Positions 20,209-29,955 of a stretch of 64,000 bases of DNA are shown in pieces (within the stretch, counting starts at the first letter, position 1; the number at the start of each line of letters is the position of its first letter). Origin of the DNA: Ilumatobacteraceae bacterium (GTDB lineage Bacteria; Actinomycetota; Acidimicrobiia; Acidimicrobiales; Ilumatobacteraceae); NCBI GenBank assembly GCA_963704915.1, contig CAVPIC010000007.1, positions 123,819 through 187,818 on the forward strand, read 5' to 3'. The translations under genes and the position numbers were made by a program. The notes beneath the pieces are model-generated. The model saw only the letters and a program-made list of their open reading frames with translations, had not been told where the DNA came from and searched no databases.

Positions 20209-21679
20209 TTACCGCGATCGCGGTGAAGGTGCATGACGCCGTCGTCGACGGGCGCCTTGCGGAACATCTTCTTGTCCTTGGCGTAGTTCTGAGGATTGAT
20301 CCACGGCTCGCGATCGCCCTGCTTCGGGTAGCGGTCGGCCGCTCGCCGGATGTAGCCCGATGTCAGGTCGTCGAGCAACGGCCGCAACGTCATCGAGGCG
20401 TCGGACGCCCGCAGGCGCGGCGTGCAGATCTGGGTGCCGGTCTCATCCATGTGGTTGAGCAGACGGCACACGTAGCGGGCGATCAGGTCGGCGCGCAGCG
20501 TCCACGACGCGTTGACGTAGCCGAACGTCGACGCCAGGTTCGGCACATCGGAGTAGGCGAAGCCCTTGTAGGCGACGGTCTGGGCGAAGTCGACCGGCTC
20601 ACCGTCGACGACGAAGTCGACCTCGCCGAGCGTGACCATGTTGAGCCCGGTGGCGGTGACGATGATGTCGGCGTCGAGATGCTCGCCGGACTCGAGCGCG
20701 ATGCCGGTCTCGGTGAACGTGTCGATGCGGTCGGTGACCACCGACGCCGAACCGTTGTTGATCGCATCGAACAGGTCACCGTTCGGCACCAGGCACAGGC
20801 GCTGGTCCCACGGTGCGTAGGTCGGCGTGAAGTGGGTCGCCACGTCGTAGTCGGGGCCCAATGACTCGCCGACCTTCGAGACGAGGAAGTCCTTCGCCTT
20901 GTCGGGGTTCTTGCGCATCCGCTTGTACATCACCTGCTGCAGCACGGTGTTCTTCGTGCGGGTGATTCCGTAGGCGACCTTGTCCGGCAGCACCTTGCGC
21001 AGGCGGTTGGCGATGGCGTCGACATCGGGCCGAGCGACCACATAGGTCGGCGAGCGCTGCAACATCGTGACGTGGCCGGCGGTCGATGCCATCGCCGGAA
21101 CCAGCGTCATCGCCGTCGCCCCGGACCCGATCACGACGATTCGCTTGTCGGCGTCGTCGAGGTCCTCCGGCCACTGCCTGGGGATGCACGATCTCGCCCG
21201 TCGAATCGCTCGCGGCCGGCGAACTCTGGCGTGTAGCCCTCCTTGTAGGAGTAGTAGCCCGAGCACATCGACAAGTAGTTGCACGTGTACGTCGCCGATC
21301 CACCGTCGGCCAGGTCGGCCTCGACGGTCCACGTCGCGGTCTCGCTCGACCACTCGGCCCGCCGCACCAGGTGACCGAAGCGGATGTGGCGGTCGATGCC
21401 GAACTCGGCGATCGTCTCGCGCAGGTACGCCATGATCGACGGGCCGTCGGCAATCGACTTCTCCGCGTTCCACGGCTTGAACTCGAAGCCGAGCGTGTGC
21501 ATGTCGCTGTCGGAGCGGATGCCGGGATAGCGGAAGAGGTCCCAGGTGCCGCCGATGTCGGAGCGTCCCTCGAGGATCAGGTAGGTGCGGTTCGGCGACT
21601 CGACCTGCAGGTGATACGCGGCGCCGATGCCGGAGATACCGGCGCCGATCACGAGGACATCGACATGCTGAACGCTCAT
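20187..21679 (-). pseudogene. Flavin-containing (Baeyer-Villiger type) monooxygenase with two closely spaced frameshifts
   Basis: The N-terminus (VLVIGAGISGIGAAYHL...GGTWDLFRYPGIRSDS) and the remainder (QWPEDLDDADKRIVVIGSGATA...) are in different frames. A short middle piece (GEIVHPQ) is in the third frame. The surplus nucleotides are at about 21197 and 21177. Confidence 0.8.
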
Positions 21680-21771
21680 GGATCGACCGTAGTGCCGGGC
21701 TCGCGAGGCGGCGAACTCTTGACGCTGACCGTGACGTGACCGGGCGACCGTGACGCCCGTACCCTTGACGC

Positions 21772-22719
21772 ATGACCTCGACGTTCGCCCCTCCGACCGG
21801 TCCTCCGGTGACCGGATCGCCCGCGTCCGCGTTCCCCGAGACCGAACTCGTTCCCACCGCCGCTCCTGCACCGGGTGGCCGCAGACGTCCTGTTGCGCTC
21901 GTCGTTGCGGTCGTCGCCGTGATGGCGCTCGGCATCGGGGCCTTCGTCGCGCTCGCGGGCAGCGGATCCGGTGACGGCGCCGATGTCGCCGAGCCCTACT
22001 CGCTGATCGCCGCGGCCGAGAGCACGATCACCGCCCGGACCGTCGAGTTCGACCTCACCGTGTCCGCGTCCGATCTCGCCGACATCACGGTGTCCGGTGC
22101 CGTCGACAACGAGTCGCAGCTCGTGTCGGTCACCACCGACCTCTCCTCGCTGCTGGCGCTCGGCGACACGCCGATCCCGTTCGGCGGTGGCGACATGACC
22201 GTGCTCGTCGACGGCTCGACCGGGGTCCTCTATCTCGACGCGTCGGCACTCGGCGGGTTCCTCCCCGACAGCGCCGGCTGGGTCTCGATCGACCTCGGCA
22301 CCCTCGCCGAGCAGAGCGGGCAGGCGCTCGACGACCTGCAGGACGAGTTCGCCCTCGACCCGAGCGACATCGCCCGTTCGCTGCTCGACACCGAGGACGC
22401 CACCGAGGTCGGTGTCGACACCATCGACGGTGTCGAGGTCAAGCACTACGAGGTCAGCGTCGACATCGCTGCGGCCCTCGCGGCCGTTCCCCAGGCCGAA
22501 CTCGACCCGGCGATCGGCGACATCGAGCTGCCCGACACGATCACCTACGACGTGTGGATCACCGCCGACAACCAGCTCCGTCGCGTGTCGTTCGGCACCG
22601 AGATCGTCGGCCAGACGATCGGGATGCAGCTCGACATGACGACGAGCGACGAACCCCTCGGCATCGAGTTGCCGGCCGACGGTGACGTCTTCGACCTCAC
22701 CGGCCTGCTCGGTTTCTGA
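21772..22719 (+). CDS. Secreted or membrane-anchored hypothetical protein (possibly LppX/LprG/LolA-like fold)
   Basis: 315 aa with a Pro-rich N-terminus and one TM helix (VALVVAVVAVMALGIGAFVAL). An acidic beta-rich domain follows. The function call is weak. Confidence 0.55.
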   Translation: MTSTFAPPTGPPVTGSPASAFPETELVPTAAPAPGGRRRPVALVVAVVAVMALGIGAFVALAGSGSGDGADVAEPYSLIAAAESTITARTVEFDLTVSASDLADITVSGAVDNESQLVSVTTDLSSLLALGDTPIPFGGGDMTVLVDGSTGVLYLDASALGGFLPDSAGWVSIDLGTLAEQSGQALDDLQDEFALDPSDIARSLLDTEDATEVGVDTIDGVEVKHYEVSVDIAAALAAVPQAELDPAIGDIELPDTITYDVWITADNQLRRVSFGTEIVGQTIGMQLDMTTSDEPLGIELPADGDVFDLTGLLGF

Positions 22720-22724
22720 TCGTC

Positions 22725-23594
22725 TCAGCGACGGCGGCGCAGCAGATCGGCTGCCGCGCGGTGCCCTGATTCGCAGGCCGCTCTCGGATCGCCGGCCCAA
22801 CCGGGCGCGGTGAGGAAGCCCGCGGCGAACGCATCGCCGGCGCCCGTGGTGTCGTTGACCCCCGGCACGGCGACTGCATCGACCTCGATCACGGAGCCGT
22901 CGGGGCAGTGGATCAGCGCCGGTGACGGCCCACGCTTGATCACCGTGAGCGCACCGACGACGGCGCCGTCGATGCCGAGCGCAGCGGCCTCGTCCGCGTT
23001 GGCGAACACGACGGTGGGCGCAGCGCGCTCCAGTCGTCGGAGGACCTCGTCGATGCCGACCTCGGTCAGGACTGCCGTGGACGACAGGTCGACCGAGACC
23101 GCGATGCCTCGCTCGTTCGCCCACGCGATCATCGTCGCCGCGGTCGCCGCGATCGGACCGGTGGCCAAGGAATAGAAGGGCACGTGCAGCACGTCGACGC
23201 CGTCGAGCCACGACGGATCGGTTCGGTGAGATCGAGGCAGGATCGTCGATCGGTCAGCATCGTGCGCTCGCCGTGGTGGTCGACGAGCGCGACGATCGTG
23301 CCGGTCGAGCCGCCCCGCCTCGCCATCGTGGTGTCGACGCCGTCGGCGTCGAGTTCCGCGAGCAGTCGCGGTGCCGATCGCGTCGGCGCCCACCTGGCCG
23401 AGGAAACGAGCAGGATGTCCGAGCGTGGCCGCACGGACGGCGACGTTCGCGGCGCTGCCGCCGCGCCGCCGCACGATGTCGGCGTGGGTGTCGGACGCGA
23501 CGTTGACCGGCCCGGCGAGCCGCACGATCACGTCCTCGACGAGGTCGCCGAGGCACGCGAGCACGGGAGCGGGTTCAGCCACCGTCGACGTCAT
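22725..23594 (-). pseudogene. PfkB-family carbohydrate kinase with two frameshifts
   Basis: The N- and C-terminal parts (LGDLVEDVIV...GGSAANVA... and ...DTTGAGDAFAAGFL) share one frame. The middle (RLLAELDADGVDTTMARRGGSTGTIVALVDHHGERTMLTDRRSCLDLTE) is in another. The shifts are at about 23368 (+1) and 23221 (-1). Confidence 0.75.
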
Positions 23595-24225
23595 CGACGA
23601 CCGCCATCACGTCGAGGCCGGAGAACCTGCCCGACGGGTCGGCCACCTCGGCCACCGGATCGTCGACATCGTCGTACTCGAGCCGCAGGGCCTTGCTCAT
23701 CGTGGCGTGCATGGCATAGGTGCAGGTGATGTAGGTGAACTCGAGGATCGCCTCGTCGGAGAGGTGGTGTTGCAGTTCGGCGAACAGCGCGTCGGGTACC
23801 CGGCCGAGCTGCAGGACGAGGCAGTCGGTGTATGCGAGCACCGCCCGTTCGGCCGGGCTCCAGCAGTCGGCCACCGACCAAGCGGGAATCGCCGCCACCT
23901 GGTCGTCGGTGAAGCCCACGTCACGCATCGCCTTGCAGTGCTGGCTGAAGACGAAGCGGCTCCCGACGGCGAATCCGGCGCGGGTCTGGCCCAGCTCGCG
24001 CAGCTGGGCGCTGATGTGGCGGCCCGGGTCTCGGTAGAACTGGAAGCCGGCGGTCGTGTGGTCGAACGCGTCCGGCACGAGGGCGAACACGGTCCACCAG
24101 TTGCCTGGCGTGCCCGATGCGGTGCCGGGTTCGGCGACCGGATCACGGTCGCCGAAGATCATCGAATAGACGGCCTGACCGAGGGGATGAGCATCGTCCT
24201 TCGAGACCTGTGCGAGGCGCGGCAC
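23575..24225 (-). CDS. Carboxymuconolactone decarboxylase (AhpD-like) family protein
   Basis: It contains ...RFVFSQHCKAMRDVGFTDDQV...ERAVLAYTD. The GTG start at 24225 is preceded by GGAGG and lies 1 nt after the VOC gene stop. Confidence 0.7.
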   Translation of the reverse strand: MPRLAQVSKDDAHPLGQAVYSMIFGDRDPVAEPGTASGTPGNWWTVFALVPDAFDHTTAGFQFYRDPGRHISAQLRELGQTRAGFAVGSRFVFSQHCKAMRDVGFTDDQVAAIPAWSVADCWSPAERAVLAYTDCLVLQLGRVPDALFAELQHHLSDEAILEFTYITCTYAMHATMSKALRLEYDDVDDPVAEVADPSGRFSGLDVMAVVDDVDGG

Positions 24226-24226
24226 C

Positions 24227-24763
24227 TCAGGCCTCCGCCGCTGCCGGGCGGCCGGGCGTGGACGCCTCTCGGGACGTCTCCACCAACGGATCGACGCCCA
24301 GGAGTCGGTGCGCTTCGGTCGGATTCGGCTCGAACCCAGGGGTGTCACGACACAGCTCGACCATGATGCCGTTCGGGTCGAGGTAGTACAGCGAGTGGCA
24401 CCAGCCGTGGTCCTGCTCCATCGCCGGTTCGATGCCGTCGGCGCTCATGCGGGCGCGGACGGCCTCCTGCTGTTCGGCGGTGGCCCGGAACGCACAGTGG
24501 TTCACCCAGAACGGCAGCCCGACGCCGTCGGAGACGTCGGTGGTCCACTCGGGCTGCTCGCCCACCTGATGGAACTGGAAGAACGCGATGCATTCGGCCT
24601 CGCCGCGTTCGTTGGGCCCGATGTCGTAGAACACGTGACGCAGCCAGCTCTCACCCATCGCCTGGACCTCGGTGTGGACCAGCGGGAAGCCCATCAGGTC
24701 CTCGTAGAAGTGGGTCGTCGCGTCGACGTCCCGTGTTGCGTAGGCGACATGGTGCAGCGGCAT
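24227..24763 (-). CDS. VOC (glyoxalase/bleomycin-resistance/dioxygenase) family protein
   Basis: 178 aa starting MPLHHVAYATRDVDATTHFYEDLMGF, with ...HCAF... and LDPNGIMVEL. Confidence 0.8.
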   Translation of the reverse strand: MPLHHVAYATRDVDATTHFYEDLMGFPLVHTEVQAMGESWLRHVFYDIGPNERGEAECIAFFQFHQVGEQPEWTTDVSDGVGLPFWVNHCAFRATAEQQEAVRARMSADGIEPAMEQDHGWCHSLYYLDPNGIMVELCRDTPGFEPNPTEAHRLLGVDPLVETSREASTPGRPAAAEA

Positions 24764-24808
24764 GGCCGAAGCGTAGATCCGGGCTCCACATCGGCTAGAG
24801 ACGGGGGG

Positions 24809-25606
24809 ATGCCCTTCGCCGCCGTCAACGGGATCGACGTGTACTTCGAGCTCCACGGGGCCGGGCCGCCGCTGCTCAACATCAGCGGGACCGGCAATGA
24901 CTTGCGGCGCTCCCCGGCAGCGCTGAACCCGGTCAACAAGGCGTACGAAACGCTGCACTACGACCAGCGCGGACTCGGACAGACGTCGAAGCCGTCGGGT
25001 GAAAACACGATGGCCGACTACGCCGACGATGCCGCCGCGCTGATCCACTCGATGGGCTGGGCGCGCTGTCACGTGCTCGGCACCAGTTTCGGCGGAATGG
25101 TGGCGCTGAACCTGGCTCTCCGGCATCCCGACGTCGTCGACCGGGTCGTGCTGTGCTGCACCTCGCCCGGTGGCAATGCCCCGTCGTACCCGCTGCACGA
25201 ATTGGGGCGACTCGACCCGGACGCAGCGTTCGCCACCCGGATGCGACTCACGGATCGCCGGTGGGACCCGGAGGCGGCCGAGCCGATTCCCGGCCTCGGC
25301 AGGTACTACGACCTGATGGTGGCGGCGGCGACGGCCACGCCCGACGCCGAACAGCTGGCCGGACTGCGGCGCCAGCTCGCTGCTCGGGCCGGCCACGACG
25401 TGCTCGCCGACCTGGCATCGATCACCCAGCCGACGCTGGTGTGCGCCGGCCGGTACGACGACATCGCCCCGATGGAGAACTCCGAACTGCTGGCGGCGCG
25501 CATCCCCGGCGCGAGACTGCAGGTGTTCGAAGGAGGCCACTATTTCATGATCCAGGACCGGTCGGCGTTCCCGACCATCATCGAGTTCCTCGGGGGTGAG
25601 TCGTGA
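24809..25606 (+). CDS. Alpha/beta hydrolase
   Basis: It has VYFELHGAGPPLL, the nucleophile elbow GTSFGG and a C-terminal GGHYF motif. It is divergent from the VOC gene with a 45-bp spacer. Confidence 0.85.
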   Translation: MPFAAVNGIDVYFELHGAGPPLLNISGTGNDLRRSPAALNPVNKAYETLHYDQRGLGQTSKPSGENTMADYADDAAALIHSMGWARCHVLGTSFGGMVALNLALRHPDVVDRVVLCCTSPGGNAPSYPLHELGRLDPDAAFATRMRLTDRRWDPEAAEPIPGLGRYYDLMVAAATATPDAEQLAGLRRQLAARAGHDVLADLASITQPTLVCAGRYDDIAPMENSELLAARIPGARLQVFEGGHYFMIQDRSAFPTIIEFLGGES

Positions 25607-26277
25607 TCCGTCTGCGGCAAGTGGCGATGATCGCCCCCGACCTCGACCCGATCGTCGAGGAACTGAGTGCCGTCTTCGGTCTGAAGGTGTGCTTCAGCGA
25701 CCCTGGCGTCGCCGAGTTCGGCTTGCGCAATGCACTCCTCCTCGTCGGTGACCAGTTCATCGAGGTGCTGTCGCCGATCCGCGAGGGCACCACCGTCCAG
25801 CGGCTGCTCGACAAGCGCGGTGGTGCCGGCGGCTACATGGCGATCTTCGAGGTCGACGATCTCGACGAGCGCCTCGACCACCTGGCCGCCAACGATGTGC
25901 GCGTGGTGTGGGCCGGCGATCTGCCCGACATCCGGGGCCGTCATCTCCACCCGGCTGACGTCGGCGGGACGCTCGTGTCGATCGATCAGCCGGTGCCGAA
26001 CGGAAGTTGGCCATGGGGTGGTCCCGACTGGCAGACCCGCTCCGATGAACTGCTGGCCGACGCCGTCGTGACCGGGATTGTCGGCGCGGTCGTGTCGGCA
26101 ACCGACCCTGTTGCGATGCGAGCCAGGTGGACGCAACTCGGACTCGATCGCGACGTGACATTCGTGTCCGCAGGGCCCCGCGGCGACGGTCTCGACGAGG
26201 TGCTGCTCGTCGCCGTCGATCGGTCGCGGGCGGGTGAACGCACCGAGATCGGCGGCGTCACCTTCACACTCGTGTGA
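25603..26277 (+). CDS. VOC/glyoxalase-like domain protein
   Basis: 224 aa containing VAMIAPDLDPIVEEL...FIEVLSPI. It has a GTGA start/stop overlap with the hydrolase gene. Confidence 0.65.
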   Translation: MIRLRQVAMIAPDLDPIVEELSAVFGLKVCFSDPGVAEFGLRNALLLVGDQFIEVLSPIREGTTVQRLLDKRGGAGGYMAIFEVDDLDERLDHLAANDVRVVWAGDLPDIRGRHLHPADVGGTLVSIDQPVPNGSWPWGGPDWQTRSDELLADAVVTGIVGAVVSATDPVAMRARWTQLGLDRDVTFVSAGPRGDGLDEVLLVAVDRSRAGERTEIGGVTFTLV

Positions 26278-26308
26278 CCGCCGCTCCGCCGAGTGCAGTT
26301 CACCTCGT

Positions 26309-26411
26309 GCGATGAGCGAACTGTCGGTATTCGGGCGGTTGGCTCATCGCCGGGTCGAGGAGCTGGCTTGCGATGAGCGAACTGTCGGTATTCGGGCGGT
26401 TGGCTCATCGC
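26309..26411. repeat. Array of two identical 42-bp palindromic elements (26309-26350, 26370-26411) with a 61-bp period
   Basis: Each copy reads GCGATGAGCGAACTGTCGGTATTCGGGCGGTTGGCTCATCGC. The core is inverted relative to the copies at 42583 and 44562. Confidence 0.9.
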
Positions 26412-26970
26412 TGGGGTTGGCTCGGGGCGATCGGGGCGATCGGGGCCGACGACGATGGGTCAGGCGGTACACCGTGGCCCAGGCGACCGCGATGATCGAG
26501 GCGACCGCGGTGCCCTGGTACAGCCAGTGGGTGGTGTCGGTGCCGGCGAAGGCCGCATGCAGACTGACGAGCAGGAAGACGGCGTAGCTCGAGAGATGGA
26601 TCCACCGCCAGACCCGGCGGGGGAGTCGCTTCATGGCGAGCGAGGTCACTTCGACGGCGAGGAGCAACCACAGGGCAATGACACCGAGCGCGACCGCGCC
26701 CGGTTGCCATGACGACGCGTAGGGAACGAGCAGGTCGGCGAGGCCGAAGTGGACGTAGTCGTCGGCGACGAGCGCACCGAGGTGGATCGCCGTGAACGCG
26801 ACCGCGAGTCCGCCGAGCCAGCGGTGCAGGTCGAGCAGCCAGGCAGGTCGCCGATGCTCGGGGAAGGCCTTCGTCGACAACACGATCCCCCAGATCACCG
26901 AGGCGGTCAGCATCAACCAGGCGACGATGCCGGACGCTCGTGTGAGATACCACCACACCTGTGGGTTCAT
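26344..26970 (-). CDS. Ferric-reductase-like (MsrQ-like) transmembrane haem-binding protein
   Basis: 208 aa with six predicted helices and paired His residues (HRWLGG...TAIHLGA; IHLSSY...SLHAAF). The last 22 or so codons run through the palindromic repeat. Confidence 0.75.
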   Translation of the reverse strand: MNPQVWWYLTRASGIVAWLMLTASVIWGIVLSTKAFPEHRRPAWLLDLHRWLGGLAVAFTAIHLGALVADDYVHFGLADLLVPYASSWQPGAVALGVIALWLLLAVEVTSLAMKRLPRRVWRWIHLSSYAVFLLVSLHAAFAGTDTTHWLYQGTAVASIIAVAWATVYRLTHRRRPRSPRSPRANPSDEPTARIPTVRSSQASSSTRR

Positions 26971-27944
26971 GACCGGACTCCTGTCGTCGTGACGTATGGG
27001 GGCAGATCGGCGAGTTCGGCCACGTCGTGGGTGGCGAGGACGTCACCGTCGGTCATGACCGCCACCCCGGTCAGCTCGTGCCGGTCGAGATGGTCGATCA
27101 CCCGCTCGCTGCCGGCGAGGATCGCCGCGGTTGCGTGGGCCTCGGCGAGCCACCCCGATCGGGCGATCACCGTGACCGATGCCAAGTCGGTCGTCGAGAC
27201 GTCGTCGGTCCAGGGATCGATGAGATGGTGTCGTTCGACGCCATCACGGCGCCACCGCCGCGAACGGGTGCTCGACGTGGCCACGCCGCCGCCGGTCACC
27301 TCGATGGTGCCCACGGGTTCCCGGTCGGGGTCGGGGTGTTCGATCACGACCCGCCATCCGCCCTCTGGAGAGCGTTCCGACGCTGCGATGTCGCCGCCGA
27401 TGCTGACCATGGCGCCGTTGGCGCCCGATCGCAGCGCGAGGTCGACGGCGAGATCTGCTGCCAGGCCCTTTCCGATCCCACCCGGATCGATGACCATGCC
27501 GACCGGGAGCTGAACGGTCCCCGCTTCGAGGTCGACCTCGATGTCGTCGAGCGTCAGGCGCTCGGCCGCGTCGTCATCGAACCGGAGTGCTCCGGTCGGC
27601 AGGATCGTGATGCGTCTCGGATCGTCGATGCTCGAGCGGTAACCGGCGGCCATCAACGCCGGAAGCGTGGTGGGATCGAAGCGCTGCTCGGTTGCCCGCC
27701 ACGCCTCGATCATCGTCGCCACCAGCGTGAGCGTCGAAGGATCGACCTCCAGCGGGCTTCCCTCGGCGAGGTTCAGGCGCGAGACGTCACTGTCGGGAAG
27801 GAACCGACTCCAACAGGCCTCGAGGTGTTCGAGCAGGTCGATGAGCGCTGTCGAGCCGCCAGGGGCCTCCGCCAGGTCACCACCGATCGTCACGATCTGG
27901 AGCTCGCTCGCCATCACCCGGCCGCGATGCTCAGCCACTGCCAC
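26967..27944 (-). CDS. apbE: FAD:protein FMN transferase (ApbE family)
   Basis: It contains SRFLPDSDVSRLN, VIDPGGIGKGLAAD, GGDIA and HLIDP. It has an ATGA overlap with the downstream gene. The start is ambiguous: GTG 27944, GTG 27938 or ATG 27914. Confidence 0.85.
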   Translation of the reverse strand: MAVAEHRGRVMASELQIVTIGGDLAEAPGGSTALIDLLEHLEACWSRFLPDSDVSRLNLAEGSPLEVDPSTLTLVATMIEAWRATEQRFDPTTLPALMAAGYRSSIDDPRRITILPTGALRFDDDAAERLTLDDIEVDLEAGTVQLPVGMVIDPGGIGKGLAADLAVDLALRSGANGAMVSIGGDIAASERSPEGGWRVVIEHPDPDREPVGTIEVTGGGVATSSTRSRRWRRDGVERHHLIDPWTDDVSTTDLASVTVIARSGWLAEAHATAAILAGSERVIDHLDRHELTGVAVMTDGDVLATHDVAELADLPPYVTTTGVRS

Positions 27945-28425
27945 GGGTCGTCGCCACCGGAGCAGGGGCCGGCGCCGCTGCCGGCGCCTGAGTCTGAACC
28001 TGAGTCTGCGTCGGAGCCGGCGCGACCACACGGACCTCGGGACGAGCCGTGAGGGTCACCGGAGCGAGGTCGGTTGCCACTGGCGGCGTGGTCGCCTCGG
28101 CGGTCGGCGGCAGCGTGGCCGTGGGGGAGGGGGCGGTGGGGGTGGTCGGCGAGGCGGCGGCGGTCGGCGGCGGGGTGGTCGCAGGTGGGGTACTCGCGGC
28201 CGGCGTGGACACCGCATCGTCGGCGACGGCGCTGGCGATGCCCATCGAGGCGACCAGGCCGAACATGGTGGCGACGCCGAGACCGCCGCTGGCGATCCTC
28301 GATCCGCTCGCTGCATGACGTCGCCGAGGGCGCCGTGCTGGGCTGGGGATGGAGCGGGGCGACACCGCGCTCGCTGCGGGTGGAGGCAATGGCTGGCGAC
28401 CGAGGAGGGGATCGACGTCAGTCAT
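27931..28425 (-). CDS. Membrane-anchored Pro/Thr/Ala-rich protein
   Basis: 164 aa from ATG 28425 with one TM helix (GLGVATMFGLVASMGIASAV). A low-complexity PT/PA-rich extracytoplasmic tail follows. Confidence 0.55.
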   Translation of the reverse strand: MTDVDPLLGRQPLPPPAASAVSPRSIPSPARRPRRRHAASGSRIASGGLGVATMFGLVASMGIASAVADDAVSTPAASTPPATTPPPTAAASPTTPTAPSPTATLPPTAEATTPPVATDLAPVTLTARPEVRVVAPAPTQTQVQTQAPAAAPAPAPVATTRGSG

Positions 28426-29155
28426 CGTCGTCGGCGCCTTCGTACTCGTGATCGTCGTCCTCGTCCTCGTCGTGGTCGTCGTCGTCGTCGTGATCGTCGT
28501 CCTCGTACTCGTCATCGTCATCGTCGTCGTACTCGTCGTCGTCGTGATCGTCGTCGTAGCCGCCATTGGTCGGTGAGGCGCCGACCGGGCTCTGCGTCGC
28601 TCCTGCGGCCGGTGCCTGGGCGAAGATGGTGCTCGGTTCGGTCACGTCGACGACGACAGCGCCATCTTCGCCGAGTGACGCACTGAACACGATTGTTCGG
28701 TCGCCGTTGCTGAACTCGACACGCAGTGAGCGAAGGTCGCCCTGCGAGAGCAGCGGGCTCCAGCCCGGAACTGCCTCCACGTGGTCGAGTGCGAGGCCGC
28801 TCGTGGTCGTCATGATCCACACGGAGCCCGCCTCCTCGATGTCGTACTGCTGGGCGACGTCGGTCGGAAGTGTCGTCTCGACAACGGTGGAGGCCGGCGC
28901 CGTCGTCTCGACCGTCGCGACGGTCGTCGGGATCCCGGCTGGCGCCGCCGCCGGCAGCAGCTCGTCCGTGGCCGCGAGATCACCGAGCGTGCTGTCGTCG
29001 GCGGCATTGAGGATGCCGATGTTCGCAGCAACGGCCGCGGTGCCGGCGAGCAGCACGCCGGCGACCGCTGCCGCCGTGAGGATGGTCGTGCGAGTCGTCG
29101 CGGTTCGCCCCGGCGTGCGGGGGCCTGACGGGGGTGTGGGAGGCGTCGAAGTCAT
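28418..29155 (-). CDS. Membrane-anchored extracytoplasmic protein with a 47-residue Asp/Glu/His/Tyr tail
   Basis: 245 aa from ATG 29155 with a TM helix (ILTAAAVAGVLLAGTAAVAA) and a small beta-rich domain. The C-terminus is GGYDDDHDDDEYDDDDDDEYEDDDHDDDDDHDEDEDDDHEYEGADDDD. Confidence 0.7.
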   Translation of the reverse strand: MTSTPPTPPSGPRTPGRTATTRTTILTAAAVAGVLLAGTAAVAANIGILNAADDSTLGDLAATDELLPAAAPAGIPTTVATVETTAPASTVVETTLPTDVAQQYDIEEAGSVWIMTTTSGLALDHVEAVPGWSPLLSQGDLRSLRVEFSNGDRTIVFSASLGEDGAVVVDVTEPSTIFAQAPAAGATQSPVGASPTNGGYDDDHDDDEYDDDDDDEYEDDDHDDDDDHDEDEDDDHEYEGADDDD

Positions 29156-29189
29156 GGGATCGACCGTACGCCTGGGTGTTCCAGCAGGG

Positions 29190-29216
29190 GGCAAGGCCAA
29201 GGCAAACGTTGGGTAA
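29190..29216. promoter_or_regulatory. Three direct repeats GG(C/T)AA at 11-bp phasing (candidate OmpR-family response-regulator boxes)
   Basis: GGCAA occurs at 29190 and 29201, and GGTAA at 29212. They lie in the 84-bp divergent region between the acidic-tail/ApbE operon and the response-regulator gene. Confidence 0.35.
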
Positions 29217-29239
29217 GCGATCCCCGTGCAGGTCGCCGA

Positions 29240-29948
29240 GTGCGCGAACCTGACGATGTGCGCCTGCTGCTCGTCGAGGACGATCCCACGATCTCCGATC
29301 CGCTGTTGGAAGGGCTGCGCCGCGAAGGGTTCGAGGTCGAGCTGGCATCGACGGGTGCGGCCGCGCTCGCTGCGAAGCCCGTCGACCTGGTGCTGCTCGA
29401 TCTCGGCCTGCCCGATCTGGAAGGGCGCGTCGTGTGCCAGGAGATTCGAGCCTCGAGCAACGTGCCGATCATCGTCGTCACTGCCCGCAGCGACGAGATC
29501 GATCGAGTGGTCCTGCTGGAGCTCGGCGCCGACGACTACGTCGTCAAGCCGTTCGGGTTCCGTGAGCTGGTCGCACGGATCCGGGCGGTGCTGCGCAGGA
29601 CCGGCCAGCCGGACGGCGCCATCGGCGATCTCGAGCCCGTTGAGGTCGGGGCCCTGGTCGTCGATCGCCGTCGGCACGAGGTGACGTTCGGTGGCGCGCC
29701 GGTGGCACTCACGCCGAAGGAGTACGATCTGCTCGTCTGTCTCGCAGTCGACGCCGGAGCGGTGAAGACGCGGGAGCAACTGATGCGTGAAGTCTGGGAC
29801 GAGCACTGGTGGGGTTCGACCAAGACGCTCGACGTCCACGTCGCATCGCTGCGTCGCAAGCTGGACGCCCGAGGTGATCGAGACCGTCCGATCGGTCGGC
29901 TACCGATTTGCTGCGCACGACGAGCGCGCCTCGGCCGGCGCGGAGTGA
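29240..29948 (+). pseudogene. OmpR/PhoB-family response regulator with a frameshift near the 3' end
   Basis: The receiver domain (LLLVEDDP...DLVLLDLGLPD...) and winged helix (LTPKEYDLL...TLDVHVASLRRKLDA) are followed by EVIETVRSVGYRFAA in the +1 frame. The shift is at about 29870 and the stop at 29946-29948. Confidence 0.8.
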
Positions 29949-29955
29949 CATCGCC

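Noticed and set aside
28349-28576. Plus-strand ORF encoding poly-Val/Ile (VVVVVVVIVVLVLV...) and the poly-Thr N-terminal extension of ORF 27931-28566
   Set aside because: Both are alternate readings of the GAC/GAT-rich tract that encodes the acidic tail on the minus strand. They are low-complexity artefacts.
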